Positions 62,204-64,000 of a stretch of DNA of 64,000 bases are shown piece by piece. Position 1 is the first letter of the stretch; each line of letters begins with the position of its first letter. The notes below the pieces were generated by a model. That model did no database searches. It was not told where the DNA came from and worked only from the letters and a program-made list of their open reading frames with translations. Both the position numbers and the translations under genes were made by a program. This DNA comes from a virus (taxonomy: Duplodnaviria > Caudoviricetes): positions 8,781 to 72,780 of IMG/VR virus record IMGVR_UViG_3300045002_000015; one strand, given 5' to 3'.

Positions 62204-62454
62204 TGCAGTACGAGCAAACAGCGCGCCGGATGAGTGCGATGGACATTCACCCCAGCCTACGCATCACAGACACAGGTCCGGCGATCGGCACCTATCGAGG
62301 CAGGAAGATTGCCGAGTGGATCGACAGGGCCGGCGAGCGGTTCCTGTATGATCGTCCAGCGGTGGAAGATGCTGACGGTGGCGTGCCGCTGTCACAACTC
62401 AGGTCGGACGAGTTCGTGGTCGCTCCCGGCCTGATCTATCGACGTGCGACATAA
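62203..62454 (+). CDS. Hypothetical protein
   Basis: GGAG RBS; ends TAACCCCC. Confidence 0.65.
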   Translation: MQYEQTARRMSAMDIHPSLRITDTGPAIGTYRGRKIAEWIDRAGERFLYDRPAVEDADGGVPLSQLRSDEFVVAPGLIYRRAT

Positions 62455-62474
62455 CCCCCGAAAGGACCTATGCC

Positions 62475-62687
62475 ATGACCGTCACGATCGAGATAATCGG
62501 TCCTCGCGATGAGATCGTTGAGATGGGCCACTTTATATCGGACGCTATAGGGCTCAACATGGATCGGGCGCGGCGCCCTAGACCTCTACTGCGCCGTCTG
62601 ATTGATTCATGGAAGCCTGATGTCTTAGCGTACCCCATGATCGGCAGCGAGGGTCACGGCGCGGCGTTCAAGTACCGGAGCAAATAA
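62475..62687 (+). CDS. Small hypothetical protein
   Basis: AAGGA RBS; ends TAAACCCCC. Confidence 0.6.
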   Translation: MTVTIEIIGPRDEIVEMGHFISDAIGLNMDRARRPRPLLRRLIDSWKPDVLAYPMIGSEGHGAAFKYRSK

Positions 62688-62705
62688 ACCCCCGAGAGGA
62701 AGGAT

Positions 62706-62888
62706 ATGTTAGCTTATGTGATTCTAATGTGCCTCGGCGGTAGCCAGTGCATTCCGTTCCCTATATCGTTCCAGGATTTGGCAACGTGTCAGGCTAATGT
62801 CAGCTACTTGAATGGCTCGGCGCTCAGTCAGGCAGTGACCTCTCGTTGTGAACCGTGGAGCCTCGTTCCTTCGGACAAGAAGTCCTAA
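62706..62888 (+). CDS. Small exported Cys-containing protein
   Basis: Hydrophobic N-terminus, four Cys. Confidence 0.6.
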   Translation: MLAYVILMCLGGSQCIPFPISFQDLATCQANVSYLNGSALSQAVTSRCEPWSLVPSDKKS

Positions 62889-62911
62889 ATCCCCGGATAA
62901 AAAGGTCGCCT

Positions 62912-63037
62912 ATGCGTGATCCATTCCAGCAGTTCGTCACTTTTGGCCTTCCTGCAAGAAATGGGCGCGCGATCTGGATCACGCCAAGGCAGCGTTTGCG
63001 TATCACTGCCACAATGACCCAGCCTGGAAAGCGTTAG
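62912..63037 (+). CDS. Micro-ORF (41 aa)
   Basis: AAGG RBS after junction. Confidence 0.4.
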   Translation: MRDPFQQFVTFGLPARNGRAIWITPRQRLRITATMTQPGKR

Positions 63038-63074
63038 GCGAAGCCGAAATCAATAGAAGGATCGACGTGCTAAC

Positions 63075-63323
63075 ATGATAAAGGCAACAGGCAAAGGGCC
63101 GTGGGGACGTAACACTCTGTTCGTCGGCCTGTCGTTCGGCAACCTCGATAAGTTTCGCGCGGCCCCATGCGACACCTACATTCGCATCGACGGCAAGGAA
63201 GTCGGGCTACCGTTTGATGTGATGATCTTCTCTGGCGAGACAGAAGCACAAATGGCGGACATGATGGCCAGTGGCTTCGGGCCTAACACGAAGGTCCACA
63301 TCAGCGACCGATCGAAGAACTGA
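63075..63323 (+). CDS. Hypothetical protein
   Basis: LFVGLSFGNLDKFR; AAGGA RBS. Confidence 0.65.
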   Translation: MIKATGKGPWGRNTLFVGLSFGNLDKFRAAPCDTYIRIDGKEVGLPFDVMIFSGETEAQMADMMASGFGPNTKVHISDRSKN

Positions 63324-63357
63324 GACGAAACCCCACTCAAGGGAGGCCATTACACCC

Positions 63358-63540
63358 ATGCTGACTGACGAAGAAATTGATCTGCTAAGAAAGCGAGCAG
63401 AAAAGGCGGTGAAGTCAAAGTGGCAAGTTCATGTGGATGCCGATGACTTGCTTGACTTAATTTGGCTGGCACAAGGCGGCGATGCCTACAACAGTCTAGC
63501 GCCCTACCACGGCTGTCCGATTGCGCAACGAGTCCGATAA
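63358..63540 (+). CDS. Small hypothetical protein
   Basis: GGGAGG RBS after junction. Confidence 0.55.
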   Translation: MLTDEEIDLLRKRAEKAVKSKWQVHVDADDLLDLIWLAQGGDAYNSLAPYHGCPIAQRVR

Positions 63541-63602
63541 CCTAAACCCCGGTAGGGGGCGGCATAAAGATTAATGAGTAGCCCGAGAGAGGCAAAAAAC
63601 AC

Positions 63603-63785
63603 ATGATTGAGGACACGGGAATGGTCGGAGTGAGTGAAGAAGCTATCGCTAATATCCTGAATGACCCGGAGATTTGGACCGCCTTAAAGGCGATACCAGC
63701 CGATCAGAGGGCAGAGTTGTGGCGTGATCTGGGTGTGCCCGACGATAAAATCGCCGAGATGCAAGTAGAAATCGAACAGCACTAA
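63603..63785 (+). CDS. Small acidic hypothetical protein
   Basis: GAGG RBS; ends TAAACCCCC. Confidence 0.6.
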   Translation: MIEDTGMVGVSEEAIANILNDPEIWTALKAIPADQRAELWRDLGVPDDKIAEMQVEIEQH

Positions 63786-63794
63786 ACCCCCGTC

Positions 63795-63989
63795 ATGACG
63801 CGGATTACCGCAAAGGCGGTGTTGGCAAAGATGATGGAAGAGCTTAGCGAGAACGATTGGCCATCGGAGCAGACTTGGACGGATGCATGTCGAGTCCTGG
63901 GCCGTCGGGTGCCGAAACCTATTAGGCCGGGTAAGACAGTAAGCGTCTATCGCGCCGTTGATGGCGCGCCTCGCAAGTTCGAACCGTAA
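63795..63989 (+). CDS. Small hypothetical protein
   Basis: Bounded by junctions; ends TAACCCC. Confidence 0.6.
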   Translation: MTRITAKAVLAKMMEELSENDWPSEQTWTDACRVLGRRVPKPIRPGKTVSVYRAVDGAPRKFEP

Positions 63990-64000
63990 CCCCGGATGAG

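Larger units (their letters stand above)
59244..64000 (+). repeat. Array of about 20 small genes punctuated by (T)AAACCCC junctions; runs off window
   Basis: 19 motif sites, mostly at or just after stop codons and followed by an RBS; see findings. Confidence 0.85.

Noticed and set aside
59244-64000. Classical integron with attC sites (some junctions read ACATAAC like an R'' box; one GTTAGGC near 63033)
   Set aside because: No paired RYYYAAC/GTTRRRY boxes with 50-140-bp imperfect palindromes, and no tyrosine recombinase in the window.
53559-64000. CRISPR array
   Set aside because: Repeated elements are 6-19 bp, spacing is irregular (21 to about 600 bp), intervening DNA is protein-coding, and no cas genes are seen.
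1-64000. tRNA, rRNA, IS transposase or integrase genes
   Set aside because: No cloverleaf/rRNA-like sequence, DDE transposase or tyrosine integrase motifs were recognised by eye; element ends appear to lie outside the window.

Overview
GC-rich window that looks alphaproteobacterial (host inferred from gene content, possibly Acetobacteraceae-like). It holds one apparently continuous mobile element with three parts. (1) 1-29.1 kb: temperate phage early, replication and packaging genes: cro/cI switch with operators, exonuclease plus putative annealing protein, Prim-Pol plus VapE/VirE helicase and an iteron-like origin, GcrA, two DNA methyltransferases, terS, PBSX-type terL, DUF1073-type portal, and a MuF/gp7 head gene running off the left edge. 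Cargo is interleaved among the head genes (GH13, GH39-like, Tat beta-propeller, lone receiver domain). (2) 29.1-53.3 kb: a full VirB1-B11/VirD4 conjugation system with a GH5 enzyme inside the operon, an amidoligase/GGCT module, a MobF relaxase, an R388-like oriT and a traKLM/stbABC-like triplet. (3) 53.5-64 kb: two divergent arrays of about 45 tiny genes around a divergent resolvase-fold gene and a strong promoter. The left array (minus strand) is punctuated by an in-frame ACGACC (Thr-Thr) hexamer 4-11 codons into nearly every gene, and two units occur twice with breakpoints exactly on that hexamer. The right array (plus strand) is punctuated by (T)AAACCCC at nearly every gene end. This looks like an integron-like gene-cassette system without IntI or attC and is the strongest candidate for an undescribed system. 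All family assignments come from motif recognition by eye; no database searches were run.
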